A stretch of DNA of 32,000 nucleotides, from positions 12,222 through 44,221 of the forward strand of contig JAZRFT010000034.1 of assembly GCA_045643805.1 (NCBI GenBank). Reading direction: 5' to 3'. The notes below the pieces were generated by a model, which was not told the DNA's origin, made no database searches, and saw only the letters and a list, made by a program, of their open reading frames with translations. Source of the DNA: Acutalibacteraceae bacterium (lineage in GTDB: Bacteria; Bacillota; Clostridia; Oscillospirales; Acutalibacteraceae). The position numbers and the translations under genes were made by a program. This document shows positions 18,956 through 30,225 of the stretch, one piece after another (positions within the stretch are counted from its first letter, which is position 1; every line of letters begins with the position of its first letter).

Positions 18956-19921
18956 ATGAAAGATACTAATTATGCTTTTTGCGTTGCAAGGATAAGAGCG
19001 ATTGAGAATAAATTGCTCACCAAACAGGATATATCAGCCTTGATTCATCAGCAAAGCTATGAAGCCGCTCTTAACTGGCTTGTTCATAAGGGTTATGCCG
19101 TAGCAGAGGACGACGCTGATGCAATAATCAAAAAACAGGGTGCTGCGTTAAACAAGCTTCTTGAGGAATCCATTCCCGATAAAAAAGAGCTTGAGGCGCT
19201 TTATATACTTAATGATTATTTTAATATTAAAGCGTTGGTTAAGTGTGCTGTTGAAAATCAAAGTCCTGAAAAATATCTTATTTATCCGTCAACTGTAGTT
19301 GCTTCGGAATTTACTGAAAAAGCAGGCTCTGAAGGCTTTTCGTTTCTGAAGGATAAATACAGCGCTGTTGCTGAAGATGCCTACAGCATAGCTGTAAGGT
19401 CCGGAAACGGCAAATTTTCCGATGCAATCATCGACAGAGCCGCAATTGATGCTCTGGGTGAATATTCCGAAGGTAAAAGCAGTGGTCTTTTAGGCGAAAT
19501 CTGCGCTTTTCTCGGTGATACGGCAAACATTAAGATAGCCTTAAGATGCTCTGTAATTGCACGGGATAAGGATTTTATCGATACATCCATCGGTAAGTGC
19601 AACAAAATTGACAGAGATAAGCTTATAAGATGTTGTATTTCAGGCAGAGATGCACTTAAAGAATATCTTGAAGCATCTGTATATAAGCAGGGTATTGCGG
19701 TATATCTTGAAAGCCCGTCATCATTTGAAAAATGGTGTGACGATGAAATAATCAACATTACAAGGTCAGCGGTGTATACCTCCTTCGGTTTCGCTCCCGT
19801 TGTAAGCTATTTTTACCGTAAAAATCTTGAAATCAAAACTTTACGTATGATTCTTCTTGCATTGAAATCCGATATTGACAAAAAAATCATAGAAGAAAGG
19901 GTGAGAGAGCTCTATGCTTAA
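18956..19921 (+). CDS. ntpC: V-type ATPase subunit C (eukaryotic d-subunit homologue)
   Basis: 321 aa. The N-terminus YAFCVARIRAIENKLL and the C-terminal FYRKNLEIKTLRMIL repeats are typical of the V0 d/C subunit family. The call also rests on operon position. Confidence 0.85.
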   Translation: MKDTNYAFCVARIRAIENKLLTKQDISALIHQQSYEAALNWLVHKGYAVAEDDADAIIKKQGAALNKLLEESIPDKKELEALYILNDYFNIKALVKCAVENQSPEKYLIYPSTVVASEFTEKAGSEGFSFLKDKYSAVAEDAYSIAVRSGNGKFSDAIIDRAAIDALGEYSEGKSSGLLGEICAFLGDTANIKIALRCSVIARDKDFIDTSIGKCNKIDRDKLIRCCISGRDALKEYLEASVYKQGIAVYLESPSSFEKWCDDEIINITRSAVYTSFGFAPVVSYFYRKNLEIKTLRMILLALKSDIDKKIIEERVRELYA

Positions 19922-20225
19922 GGTTGCGGCTATCGGTGACCGTGAAAGTGTTTCCGGTCTTAAAGCGGTAGGGTTAGAGGTTTTCTCTCCCGAAAACAAA
20001 GAGGATTGCCCGCGTTTACTTAAATCTCTTTGTGAAAAAGATTATGCAATTATATATATTACCGAAGAATTCGGTGAAAGCTCAAAGGATATAATCAAAA
20101 AATATGAGGACAAAATCAGTCCTTCCATAATTCTTATTCCCGGTGTAAAAAACAATACCGGCGAAGGCATGAAATCAGTAAGCCGAAGCATTGAAAAGGC
20201 TGTTGGTTCACAATTGCCTGATTAA
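19914..20225 (+). CDS. ntpG: V-type ATPase subunit F
   Basis: 103 aa with KVAAIGDRESVSGLKAVGLEVF...YAIIYITEE, typical of subunit F. It overlaps the ntpC stop by 8 nt. Confidence 0.85.
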   Translation: MLKVAAIGDRESVSGLKAVGLEVFSPENKEDCPRLLKSLCEKDYAIIYITEEFGESSKDIIKKYEDKISPSIILIPGVKNNTGEGMKSVSRSIEKAVGSQLPD

Positions 20226-20252
20226 TAATTACACTGAAAAGGTGGATTAACA

Positions 20253-22019
20253 ATGAATGACGGAACAATTAAAAAAATTTCCGGCCCTCTCGTTGTGGCT
20301 TCAGGAATGAAAAATGCCAATATGTTTGACGTTGTAAGGGTAAGTGACGAAAGACTTATTGGTGAAATAATTGAAATGCACGAGGACAGAGCCTCGATTC
20401 AGGTATATGAAGAAACCTCGGGACTTAAGGTCGGAGCCAAGGTTGAAACCACAGGTGAGCCCTTGAGTGTTGAGCTCGGTCCCGGTCTTATCGGCGGTAT
20501 ATTCGACGGTATTCAGCGTCCTCTTGTTGAAATTATGAAGCAGACCGGCAACAACCTCACAAGAGGTACCGAAATTCCTGCACTCGACAGAGAAAAGAAA
20601 TGGCAGTTTGAGCCTGCTGTAAGTGTTGGTGAAAGAGTATACGGCGGTGATGTTATCGGTACGGTTCAGGAAACTGATATCGTTAACCATAAAATTATGC
20701 TTCCCTTCGGCATCAGCGGTATTATTAAAGAAATTACCGGAGGTACTTGCACTGTTGAGGATGTTGTTGCAATTGTGCTTGATGAAAAGGGTGAGGAACA
20801 CGGTGTCGGTATTGTACAGCGTTGGCCTGTAAGAAAGCCGAGACCGTACAGTAAAAAGCTTTTTCCCGATATGCCTTTGCTTACGGGTCAGCGTGTTATC
20901 GACGCTCTTTTCCCGATTGCAAAAGGCGGTGTAGGTGCAATTCCCGGTCCTTTCGGAAGCGGTAAAACTGTTACACAGCATCAGGTTGCAAAATGGGCAG
21001 ATGCTGATATAGTTGTATATATAGGTTGCGGTGAACGAGGAAACGAAATGACCGACGTTCTTAATGAATTTCCTGAGCTGATTGACCCTCATACAGGTAA
21101 ATCACTTATGGAAAGAACCGTGCTTATTGCTAATACCTCCGATATGCCCGTTGCGGCACGAGAGGCTTCAATTTATACAGGTATTACGATTGCTGAATAT
21201 TTCCGTGATATGGGCTACAGTGTTGCTCTTATGGCTGACTCAACCTCACGTTGGGCCGAGGCGCTTCGTGAAATGTCAGGTCGACTTGAGGAAATGCCCG
21301 GTGAAGAAGGATATCCCGCTTATCTTGCAAGCCGACTTGCACAGTTCTACGAAAGAGCCGGCAGAGTTATTTCTCTCGGTAAAAACGGCAGAGAGGGCAC
21401 ACTTTCAGTTATCGGTGCCGTTTCACCTGCAGGCGGTGATATTTCAGAGCCCGTCAGTCAGGCTACCTTACGTATTGTTAAGGTTTTCTGGGGACTAGAT
21501 TCCTCGCTTGCTTACAAGCGCCATTTCCCTGCAATCAACTGGCTTACAAGCTATTCACTTTATGCTAATTCTCTCGGTAAGTGGTTTGATGAAAACGTTG
21601 GTAAGGAATGGTCTGCACTGCGCAAGGATATTATGAAGCTTCTTTCAGAAGAGGCAGAGCTTCTTGAAATGGTTAAGCTTGTAGGCGTTGATTCACTTTC
21701 AAGAAAGGACAGAATCAAAATTGAGGCTGCCCGTTCTGTAAGAGAGGATTTCCTTCATCAGCTTGCTTTCCACGAGGTTGATACCTTTACTTCACCTCAT
21801 AAGCAGCTTACAATGATGAAGCTCATTATGGACTTTTATAAAAAGAGCACAGAGCTTATTACAGACGAAACAGACATCAACAGCTTGGTTATGCTTCCCG
21901 TAAGGGAAAAAATCGGCAGATTTAAGTATATTCCCGAAAGCCAGGTTGATGAAAAATACAATGAAATCAAAGCTGAAATTTCAAAAGAAATAAAAGAATT
22001 GACAGAAAGGGGAGAGTAA
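20253..22019 (+). CDS. ntpA: V-type ATPase catalytic subunit A
   Basis: 588 aa. P-loop GPFGSGKTV, Walker B region [16 protein letters not shown] and [18 protein letters not shown] are present, along with the V/A-type non-homologous insert. Confidence 0.97.
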   Translation: MNDGTIKKISGPLVVASGMKNANMFDVVRVSDERLIGEIIEMHEDRASIQVYEETSGLKVGAKVETTGEPLSVELGPGLIGGIFDGIQRPLVEIMKQTGNNLTRGTEIPALDREKKWQFEPAVSVGERVYGGDVIGTVQETDIVNHKIMLPFGISGIIKEITGGTCTVEDVVAIVLDEKGEEHGVGIVQRWPVRKPRPYSKKLFPDMPLLTGQRVIDALFPIAKGGVGAIPGPFGSGKTVTQHQVAKWADADIVVYIGCGERGNEMTDVLNEFPELIDPHTGKSLMERTVLIANTSDMPVAAREASIYTGITIAEYFRDMGYSVALMADSTSRWAEALREMSGRLEEMPGEEGYPAYLASRLAQFYERAGRVISLGKNGREGTLSVIGAVSPAGGDISEPVSQATLRIVKVFWGLDSSLAYKRHFPAINWLTSYSLYANSLGKWFDENVGKEWSALRKDIMKLLSEEAELLEMVKLVGVDSLSRKDRIKIEAARSVREDFLHQLAFHEVDTFTSPHKQLTMMKLIMDFYKKSTELITDETDINSLVMLPVREKIGRFKYIPESQVDEKYNEIKAEISKEIKELTERGE

Positions 22020-22022
22020 CTT

Positions 22023-23396
22023 ATGCCAAAGGAATACAGAACTATAAGTGAAGTTGCTGGTCCCCTTATGCTTGTTAAAGGTGTCAGTGATGTTGCTTAT
22101 AACGAGCTTGGTGAAATTGAGCTCAAAAGCGGTGAAAAGCGTCGCTGCAGAGTACTTGAAGTAAACGATGACAATGTACTCGTTCAGCTTTTCGAGGCTT
22201 CTACGGGTATAAATCTTGCTGAAAGCAAGGTTCGTTTCCTCGGTAAGCAGATGGAGCTTGCCGTATCTGAGGATATGCTTGGCAGAGTGTTTGACGGTCT
22301 TGGCAGACCTATTGACGGAGGTGCATCAATTCTTCCTGAAAAACGACTTGATGTTAACGGTAAGCCTATGAATCCTGCCGCAAGAAATTATCCCAGTGAA
22401 TTCATTCAGACAGGTGTTTCTGCTATTGACGGACTTAACACACTTGTAAGAGGTCAGAAGCTTCCTATCTTCTCTGCATCAGGTCTTCCTCATGCAGAGC
22501 TTGCCGCACAGATTGCAAGACAAGCCAAGGTAAGAGGTGCTGATGAAAGCTTTGCTGTTGTTTTTGCGGCAATGGGTATCACCTTTGAAGAGGCTGAATA
22601 TTTCACAAATTCTTTCAAGGAAACGGGTGCTATTGACCGTACAGTAATGTTCACAAACCTTGCAAATGACCCTGCTATTGAAAGAATTGCTACACCTAAA
22701 ATGGCAATGACAGCAGCTGAATATCTTGCTTTTGACAAGGGTATGCACGTCCTTGTTATTATGACAGATATAACAAACTATGCCGATGCATTGCGTGAGG
22801 TTTCCGCCGCACGTAAGGAGGTGCCCGGCAGAAGAGGTTACCCCGGTTATATGTATACTGACCTTGCTGCTATTTATGAGCGTGCAGGCAGACAGAAGGA
22901 TAAGAAGGGCTCAATCACTCTTATTCCTATCCTTACAATGCCCGAGGATGACAAAACTCATCCCATACCTGACCTTACAGGCTACATCACGGAAGGACAG
23001 ATTATTCTTTCAAGAGATTTGCACAGACGCTCGGTTACTCCGCCTGTTGATGTGCTTCCTTCACTTTCACGTCTCAAGGATAAGGGTATCGGTGAGGGTA
23101 AAACCCGTGCAGACCATTCAGGTACAATGAATCAGCTTTTCTCCGCCTATGCAAGAGGTAAGGATGCAAAGGAGCTTATGATGATTCTCGGTGAATCTGC
23201 TCTTACTGAAATTGACCGTATCTACGCAAAATTTGCAGAAGCCTTTGAGGAAAAGTATGTTTCACAGGGCAATGAAACTGACAGAAGTATTGAAGAAACG
23301 CTTTCAATCGGTTGGGAGCTTCTTTCAATTCTTCCTAAAAGTGAGCTTAAGAGAATTTCCGATGAATTCATCGAAAAATATTACATTGAAAAGTAG
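22023..23396 (+). CDS. ntpB: V-type ATPase subunit B
   Basis: 457 aa. The blocks [47 protein letters not shown] and [31 protein letters not shown] are highly conserved B-subunit sequences. Confidence 0.97.
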   Translation: MPKEYRTISEVAGPLMLVKGVSDVAYNELGEIELKSGEKRRCRVLEVNDDNVLVQLFEASTGINLAESKVRFLGKQMELAVSEDMLGRVFDGLGRPIDGGASILPEKRLDVNGKPMNPAARNYPSEFIQTGVSAIDGLNTLVRGQKLPIFSASGLPHAELAAQIARQAKVRGADESFAVVFAAMGITFEEAEYFTNSFKETGAIDRTVMFTNLANDPAIERIATPKMAMTAAEYLAFDKGMHVLVIMTDITNYADALREVSAARKEVPGRRGYPGYMYTDLAAIYERAGRQKDKKGSITLIPILTMPEDDKTHPIPDLTGYITEGQIILSRDLHRRSVTPPVDVLPSLSRLKDKGIGEGKTRADHSGTMNQLFSAYARGKDAKELMMILGESALTEIDRIYAKFAEAFEEKYVSQGNETDRSIEETLSIGWELLSILPKSELKRISDEFIEKYYIEK

Positions 23397-23405
23397 GTGA
23401 AATAA

Positions 23406-24056
23406 GTGGCGGTAATGAATGTCAATCCAACCAGAATGGAGCTTACTAACTTAAAGCGGAAGCTTGTTACCGCCCGTCGCGGACATAAGCTTCTCAAAGA
23501 TAAGCGCGATGAATTGATGCGACAGTTTTTACTCCTAATAAAAGAAAACAAGGAGTTAAGAAAAACCGTTGAAGCAAAGATAAAAAAAGCAAGTGCGTAT
23601 ATGGCTTTGGCTTCAGGTGAAATGAGTGACAACGAAATATCGGTTGCACTTATGCTTTCAGGACAGAAGCTCACGGTTGATGTTAATAAAAAGAACATCA
23701 TGAGTGTACCCGTTCCTGAATTTGAGGTAAAATACCGAATTTCCGAGCAGAACAATGCCCAATCTTACGGCTTTGCTTTTACTTCAGGTGACCTTGATGA
23801 GGCTATTTCAATTTATTCTTCTCTTACGGAGGATCTGATACGTCTTGCAGAGGTTGAAAAGACCTGTCAGCTGCTTTCGGCAGAAATTGAAAGCACGAGA
23901 AGACGCGTTAATGCACTTGAACACGTCCTTATAACTGACTATGAGGACACAATCAAGTACATTACCGTAAAGCTTGAAGAAAACGAACGAAGCAACATCA
24001 CAAGGCTTATGAAGGTGAAGGATATGATGCTTGAAAAGGCTCATAATTTTAATTGA
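23406..24056 (+). CDS. ntpD: V-type ATPase central-stalk subunit D
   Basis: NVNPTRMELTNLKRKLVTARRGHKLLKDKRDEL is the canonical subunit D N-terminus. The GTG at 23406 lies 7 nt after AGGTGA; ATG 23415 is an alternative start. Confidence 0.9.
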   Translation: MAVMNVNPTRMELTNLKRKLVTARRGHKLLKDKRDELMRQFLLLIKENKELRKTVEAKIKKASAYMALASGEMSDNEISVALMLSGQKLTVDVNKKNIMSVPVPEFEVKYRISEQNNAQSYGFAFTSGDLDEAISIYSSLTEDLIRLAEVEKTCQLLSAEIESTRRRVNALEHVLITDYEDTIKYITVKLEENERSNITRLMKVKDMMLEKAHNFN

Positions 24057-24064
24057 TGAAAATA

Positions 24065-24093
24065 AAGAGGATGCAGTAAGCATCCTCTTATTT
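24065..24093 (+). terminator. Rho-independent terminator of the V-ATPase operon
   Basis: aagaggatgc (24065-24074) pairs with gcatcctctt (24080-24089) around a 5-nt loop. It is followed by attt. Confidence 0.75.
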
Positions 24094-24104
24094 CAGGTGA
24101 AGAT

Positions 24105-24887
24105 ATGACAGACAGAGAAAATTTGATTTCACACATACTTGACTTAAAAGAGAAATCTGCAACTGAAAGCATAGTTACTTCAAGCGGATTTCTTTCTCTT
24201 GACGAGCAGTCACATATTATAAAAACTGAAAAGATAAATAACAAATACGTAGACACATTCTATTACGGCGGTTATGATGAGGCCGAAAGAAAGGTAGCGT
24301 TATTTGTTCCTGAATTTTACGCTGTTCAATCAGATTCGGTTGATGATTTTCTTCGTGAAAATGATATGAATCCTTTGGATGTTTTAAGTGTAAAAAAGGA
24401 CAGATTTTCCGTGCTTTCACACCGTGATTATCTTGGAGCTTTAATGGGTCTTGGGTTGAAGCGTGAAGTTATCGGTGATATAATAATAAATGATGACGGC
24501 TGTTATATAATCTGCCTTAAATCAATTTCCCGTTACATAACTGAAAACCTCAGACAAGCAGGCAGGGGACAGCTTACGGCTACAATCGGTGATTTCAGAC
24601 TTTTAAAAACAAAAGAAAGTAAAACAGAAACTGTTTTTGTGTCCGTTGCTTCCTTAAGGATTGACTGTCTTGTTGCTTCAGCCTTCAAATTATCACGTAA
24701 CAATGCTGTCAATGCAATAAATCAAGGCATTGTATATGTCAACAGCGAACAGATTTACAAATCTGATTACATATTAAAATCAGGGGATAAGCTTGTTTTA
24801 AGAGGTAAAGGTAAGGTCATTATAGATGAAATCATAAGAGAAAACAAAAAAGGCAGATTGCATCTTAATATTAAAAGGTATCTTTAA
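24105..24887 (+). CDS. ylmH: YlmH-like S4-domain RNA-binding protein
   Basis: 260 aa. The blocks GGYDEAERKVALFVPEF, HRDYLGALMGLGLKREVIGDI and a C-terminal S4 domain (LRIDCLVASAFKLSRNNAVNAINQGIVYVN) align with B. subtilis YlmH as I recall it. Confidence 0.8.
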   Translation: MTDRENLISHILDLKEKSATESIVTSSGFLSLDEQSHIIKTEKINNKYVDTFYYGGYDEAERKVALFVPEFYAVQSDSVDDFLRENDMNPLDVLSVKKDRFSVLSHRDYLGALMGLGLKREVIGDIIINDDGCYIICLKSISRYITENLRQAGRGQLTATIGDFRLLKTKESKTETVFVSVASLRIDCLVASAFKLSRNNAVNAINQGIVYVNSEQIYKSDYILKSGDKLVLRGKGKVIIDEIIRENKKGRLHLNIKRYL

Positions 24888-24918
24888 ATCACAGTCGGAT
24901 TTAAAGATACCTTTTTTT
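24873..24918. terminator. Bidirectional terminator shared by ylmH (+) and dapA (-)
   Basis: An 18-bp stem, aaaaggtatctttaaatc (24873-24890) with gatttaaagatacctttt (24898-24915), around a 7-nt loop, followed by a T-run. The ylmH stop codon lies inside the stem. Confidence 0.85.
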
Positions 24919-25825
24919 AGTTTATTTGAACTTCCTCTTCTAACAGATAGTTATATTTTTCTAGCACTTTTTTTAATACGGCTTTATTGTTATCCGAGGT
25001 TTCGTAAAGCGGTAAGCGTAAAACATTTTCACACATTTCAAGCTGACTCATTGCTTCCTTTACGGGAATCGGGTTAACGTCACAGAACAGCTTCTGTGCA
25101 AGCTCCATCACTTCGTTCTGCATAGAAGTGCACAGTAAATTATCACCGTTAACGCCCGTTACAGCCATTTTGTGAGTGAAGGAGGGAAGAATGTTTGCAA
25201 GCACCGAAACAACACCCTTGCAGCCTACAGAGCAGGCTGAAGATATCATATCATCATTGCCAATATAAAAATCAAGATTTCCGTCACACAAATAAATTGA
25301 TTTCTGCAATTTGACAATGCTTGTATCCGCTTCTTTTACGCCTGCTATATTGCTATGCTTTGAAAGCTCAAGGTAAGTTTCAGGTGTAATATTCATACCT
25401 GTGCGTGAAGGCACATTGTAAACGATAACAGGCTTCTGAAGGTTATCAGCCAAAGTAAAATAGTGCTTAATCAGTCCTGTTTGTGATGTTTTGTTATAGT
25501 ATGGAGTTACCATAAGATGAGCATCCGCACCGCATTTTTCGGCTTCCTTTGCTATTTCAAGGGAAAAAGAAGTGCTATTACTGCCTGTACCGCAGATAAG
25601 AGGAACTCTGCCTCTTATCCTTTCAGCGGCAAAACGGAACAAGGAAAGTCTTTCCTCAACTGTAAGTGTTGAACCTTCACCGGTTGTTCCGCAGACAATA
25701 ATAGCATCTGTATTGTTTGCAATCTGGAATTCTATAAGCTTTTCAAAAACGTCATAATCGATTTTTTTATCCTTACCGAAGGGCGTCACAATAGCAACAC
25801 CGCTGCCTGTAAAGACAGAGCTCAA
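24917..25825 (-). CDS. dapA: 4-hydroxy-tetrahydrodipicolinate synthase
   Basis: TTG start at 25825, 6 nt after GGAGG. VCGTTGEGSTLT, YNVPSRTG and the Schiff-base Lys context AGVKEA are present. Confidence 0.93.
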   Translation of the reverse strand: MSSVFTGSGVAIVTPFGKDKKIDYDVFEKLIEFQIANNTDAIIVCGTTGEGSTLTVEERLSLFRFAAERIRGRVPLICGTGSNSTSFSLEIAKEAEKCGADAHLMVTPYYNKTSQTGLIKHYFTLADNLQKPVIVYNVPSRTGMNITPETYLELSKHSNIAGVKEADTSIVKLQKSIYLCDGNLDFYIGNDDMISSACSVGCKGVVSVLANILPSFTHKMAVTGVNGDNLLCTSMQNEVMELAQKLFCDVNPIPVKEAMSQLEMCENVLRLPLYETSDNNKAVLKKVLEKYNYLLEEEVQIN

Positions 25826-25856
25826 AAGAAAACCTCCTTAAGATATGCTTATTAAA

Positions 25857-26945
25857 TCAGTCAATGTAACCTTCAGCGCAAAGAAGCTCTGCAAGAAGAA
25901 CTGCACCGCCGGCTGCACCCCTGAGTGTGTTGTGTGAAAGGCATACGAACTTGTAATCGTACTGTGAATCCTCACGAAGTCTGCCGATTGAAACAGCCAT
26001 ACCGTTTTCGAGTGTACGGTTAAGCTTTGTCTGGGGCATATTGTCCTCTGTGAAGTAATGAAGGAACTTTTTGGGAGCAGAGGGAAGCCCTAATTCCTCT
26101 GCTCTGCCTGCAAAACCGTTCCAAGCCTCGATGATTTCTTCCTTTGAAGGCTTTTTACCGTCTTCAAATCTCATAAATACTGCACCCATGTGACCGTCGG
26201 AAACGGGAACTCTGATGCACTGTGCGGTGAAAGCGGGAGATGAAGCTTTTTTGATTTCACCGTTTTCAACGCTACCCCATATTTTAAGGGGCTCCTGCTC
26301 GCTCTTTTCTTCTTCGCCGCCGATGAAGGGAATTACGTTATCAACCATCTCGGGCCAGCTGTCAAAGGTCTTGCCTGCGCCTGAAATTGCCTGATAAGTG
26401 CAAACAAGAACTTCCTTGATGCCGTACTTTTTGTCAAGGGGATAGATTGCGGGAACATAGCTCTGAAGTGAGCAGTTTGACTTAACGGCAACAAAGCCCT
26501 TCTTTGTACCAAGGCGCTTTCTCTGGTCCTCGATAACCTTGATGTGGTCAGCATTGATTTCGGGAATTACCATGGGAACGTCAGGAGTGAAACGGTGAGC
26601 GCTGTTGTTGGAGATTACGGGGCATTCAGCCTTTGCGTAAGCTTCTTCAAGAGCCTTGATTTCATCCTTCTTCATATCAACTGCACAGAAAACAAAATCA
26701 ACCGCTGCTGCAATTTCATTGATGTCATCTGTTGCGTTTTTGATAATCATATTTTCCATTTTTTCGGGCATTGCATCGGCAATTCTCCATCTTTCACCAA
26801 CGGCTTCCTTGTAGGTTTTACCTGCTGAACGACCGCTTGCTGCGAGGACAGTAACATCAAACCAGGGGTGGTTTGCGAGAATTGTAGCAAATCTCTGACC
26901 TACCATACCTGTTGCGCCGATAATACCAACCTTGTATTTTTTCAT
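25857..26945 (-). CDS. asd: Aspartate-semialdehyde dehydrogenase
   Basis: Start moved to ATG 26945 (MKKYKVGIIGATGMVGQRF), behind AAAGAGGTG. The NAD(P)-binding GATGMVG motif, the active-site SNCSLQS and the C-terminal HNTLRGAAGGAVL are present. Confidence 0.93.
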   Translation of the reverse strand: MKKYKVGIIGATGMVGQRFATILANHPWFDVTVLAASGRSAGKTYKEAVGERWRIADAMPEKMENMIIKNATDDINEIAAAVDFVFCAVDMKKDEIKALEEAYAKAECPVISNNSAHRFTPDVPMVIPEINADHIKVIEDQRKRLGTKKGFVAVKSNCSLQSYVPAIYPLDKKYGIKEVLVCTYQAISGAGKTFDSWPEMVDNVIPFIGGEEEKSEQEPLKIWGSVENGEIKKASSPAFTAQCIRVPVSDGHMGAVFMRFEDGKKPSKEEIIEAWNGFAGRAEELGLPSAPKKFLHYFTEDNMPQTKLNRTLENGMAVSIGRLREDSQYDYKFVCLSHNTLRGAAGGAVLLAELLCAEGYID

Positions 26946-26992
26946 AATAAACACCTCTTTAGAATTTGCTTAATTATTTTTGCATAAAACTG

Positions 26993-27021
26993 TTGATAAT
27001 TTGAGCATTATGCACTATAAT
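26993..27021 (+). promoter_or_regulatory. Candidate SigA promoter for queA-tgt
   Basis: TTGATA (26993-26998), 17-bp spacer, TATAAT (27016-27021). An alternative lone TATAAT lies at 27075-27080. Confidence 0.45.
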
Positions 27022-27037
27022 ATAAAATAACTTTTAT

Positions 27038-27066
27038 ATAATATCACTTAAAGTGATATATGTCAA
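27038..27066 (-). promoter_or_regulatory. Near-consensus SigA promoter for asd-dapA
   Basis: On the minus strand: TTGACA (27066-27061), 17-bp spacer ending in TGa, TATTAT (27043-27038). Confidence 0.6.
27041..27059. promoter_or_regulatory. 19-bp perfect palindrome inside the asd promoter spacer and queA leader
   Basis: ATATCACTT-A-AAGTGATAT, with 9-bp arms around position 27050. Confidence 0.35.
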
Positions 27067-27104
27067 TTTTATTTTATAATTTTTTCAAGTAAAGGACAGA
27101 AAAA

Positions 27105-29265
<2,161 letters not shown>

Positions 29266-29283
29266 ACAAAATCTTCAAAACAC

Positions 29284-29312
29284 TTGATATTTTATAATTG
29301 TTTTGATATAAT
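29284..29312 (+). promoter_or_regulatory. SigA-type promoter with extended -10 for yajC
   Basis: TTGATA (29284-29289), 17-bp spacer, TGa TATAAT (29304-29312). Confidence 0.6.
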
Positions 29313-29345
29313 TACAAAGATATTTTTAATTCGGAGGAAAAAACT

Positions 29346-29735
29346 ATGTATTTTTTAACACAGCAGGCTTCACCTATGGGTAGCTCAGGTATGATTTTCA
29401 TGCTCGTTGGTATGTTCGCTCTTATGTATTTCATGACCATTCGTCCCCAGAAGAAGAGACAGAAGGAAGAACAGGAAATGCGTAATGCTGTTGATGTTGG
29501 TGATGAAATCACAACAATCGGCGGTATCTGTGGCAGAATCGTAACCGTAAAAGAAGATAGACTTATCATCGAGACCGGCAGCGATAAGAACAAGATGACA
29601 ATTACTCGTTGGGCTGTTCAGGCTAACAACACTGCAAACGAAAGACTTGCCGCTGAAAGAGCTGCAGCTAAGGAAGCAGCTGAAAAGGCTAAGGCAGAAA
29701 AGAAAAAGGCAAAAGAAAATAAGGACGTTCTGTAA
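29346..29735 (+). CDS. yajC: Preprotein translocase accessory subunit YajC (with an Ala/Lys/Glu-rich C-terminal extension)
   Basis: A single N-terminal TM is followed by FMTIRPQKKRQKE and the GDEITTIGGICGRIV block diagnostic of YajC. RBS GGAGGAAA lies upstream. Confidence 0.85.
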   Translation: MYFLTQQASPMGSSGMIFMLVGMFALMYFMTIRPQKKRQKEEQEMRNAVDVGDEITTIGGICGRIVTVKEDRLIIETGSDKNKMTITRWAVQANNTANERLAAERAAAKEAAEKAKAEKKKAKENKDVL

Positions 29736-29747
29736 TATTGAACTCTG

Positions 29748-29790
29748 CTCCCTCATAACCTTTAACAAAGGTTTGTGAGGGAGATTTTTT
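29748..29790 (+). terminator. Rho-independent terminator of yajC
   Basis: ctccctcataacc (29748-29760) pairs with ggtttgtgagggag (29770-29783), with one bulge, around a 9-nt loop. It is followed by aTTTTTT (29784-29790). Confidence 0.8.
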
Positions 29791-30207
29791 ATGCAAAAGC
29801 AAGCTAACAAAACAACACGAAAAAAATCTGAAAATAAAAAATCAAATGAGCTTGTGATGCTTTTTCAAAGCATTATTATTCAGTTGATGGTTTTTGTTGT
29901 CGGAGCTGTTGTTACTTTAATTTTGGATGTTAATTCTGAAAGCTTTTTAATTATCGCTTCCACAACACTTGCGGTTGGAAGCTTTATTTCAGGCTTTGCT
30001 ATATCCCGCAAAAAGCGTTCAAACGGCTTATTAAACGGAGTAATTTATTCTTTGCCTATTCTTATTTTTCCATTGATTTCTTTGTTTTTTAACAAATTCA
30101 AGGTTGATTTCAACATTCTTATAAATGTATTTATTATTCTATTATTTTCCGCATCGGGCGGAATAGTATCAGTTAATATAAGAAAGCGAACAAAAATAAA
30201 AAGATAA
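29791..30207 (+). CDS. Small membrane protein, YrzE/TIGR04086-like
   Basis: 138 aa with a basic N-terminus and 3-4 hydrophobic helices. It sits directly after yajC, as in the B. subtilis queA-tgt-yajC-yrzE arrangement. The assignment rests on size, topology and synteny only. Confidence 0.5.
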   Translation: MQKQANKTTRKKSENKKSNELVMLFQSIIIQLMVFVVGAVVTLILDVNSESFLIIASTTLAVGSFISGFAISRKKRSNGLLNGVIYSLPILIFPLISLFFNKFKVDFNILINVFIILLFSASGGIVSVNIRKRTKIKR

Positions 30208-30225
30208 AGAAAGCGGAGAAAATTT

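Noticed and set aside
20301-21092. A 263-aa ORF antisense to ntpA
   Set aside because: It lies entirely within the highly conserved V-ATPase A-subunit coding region on the opposite strand. Its composition is odd (rich in N, F, T, C), with no SD and no recognisable motifs. It is a typical shadow ORF of a strongly coding region.
29385-29810. A 141-aa ORF antisense to yajC, plus the 131-aa ORF at 30045..30440 antisense to the small membrane-protein genes
   Set aside because: Both are low-complexity F/L/S/C-rich translations of the antisense strand of genuine genes. Both span terminators or intergenic signals.
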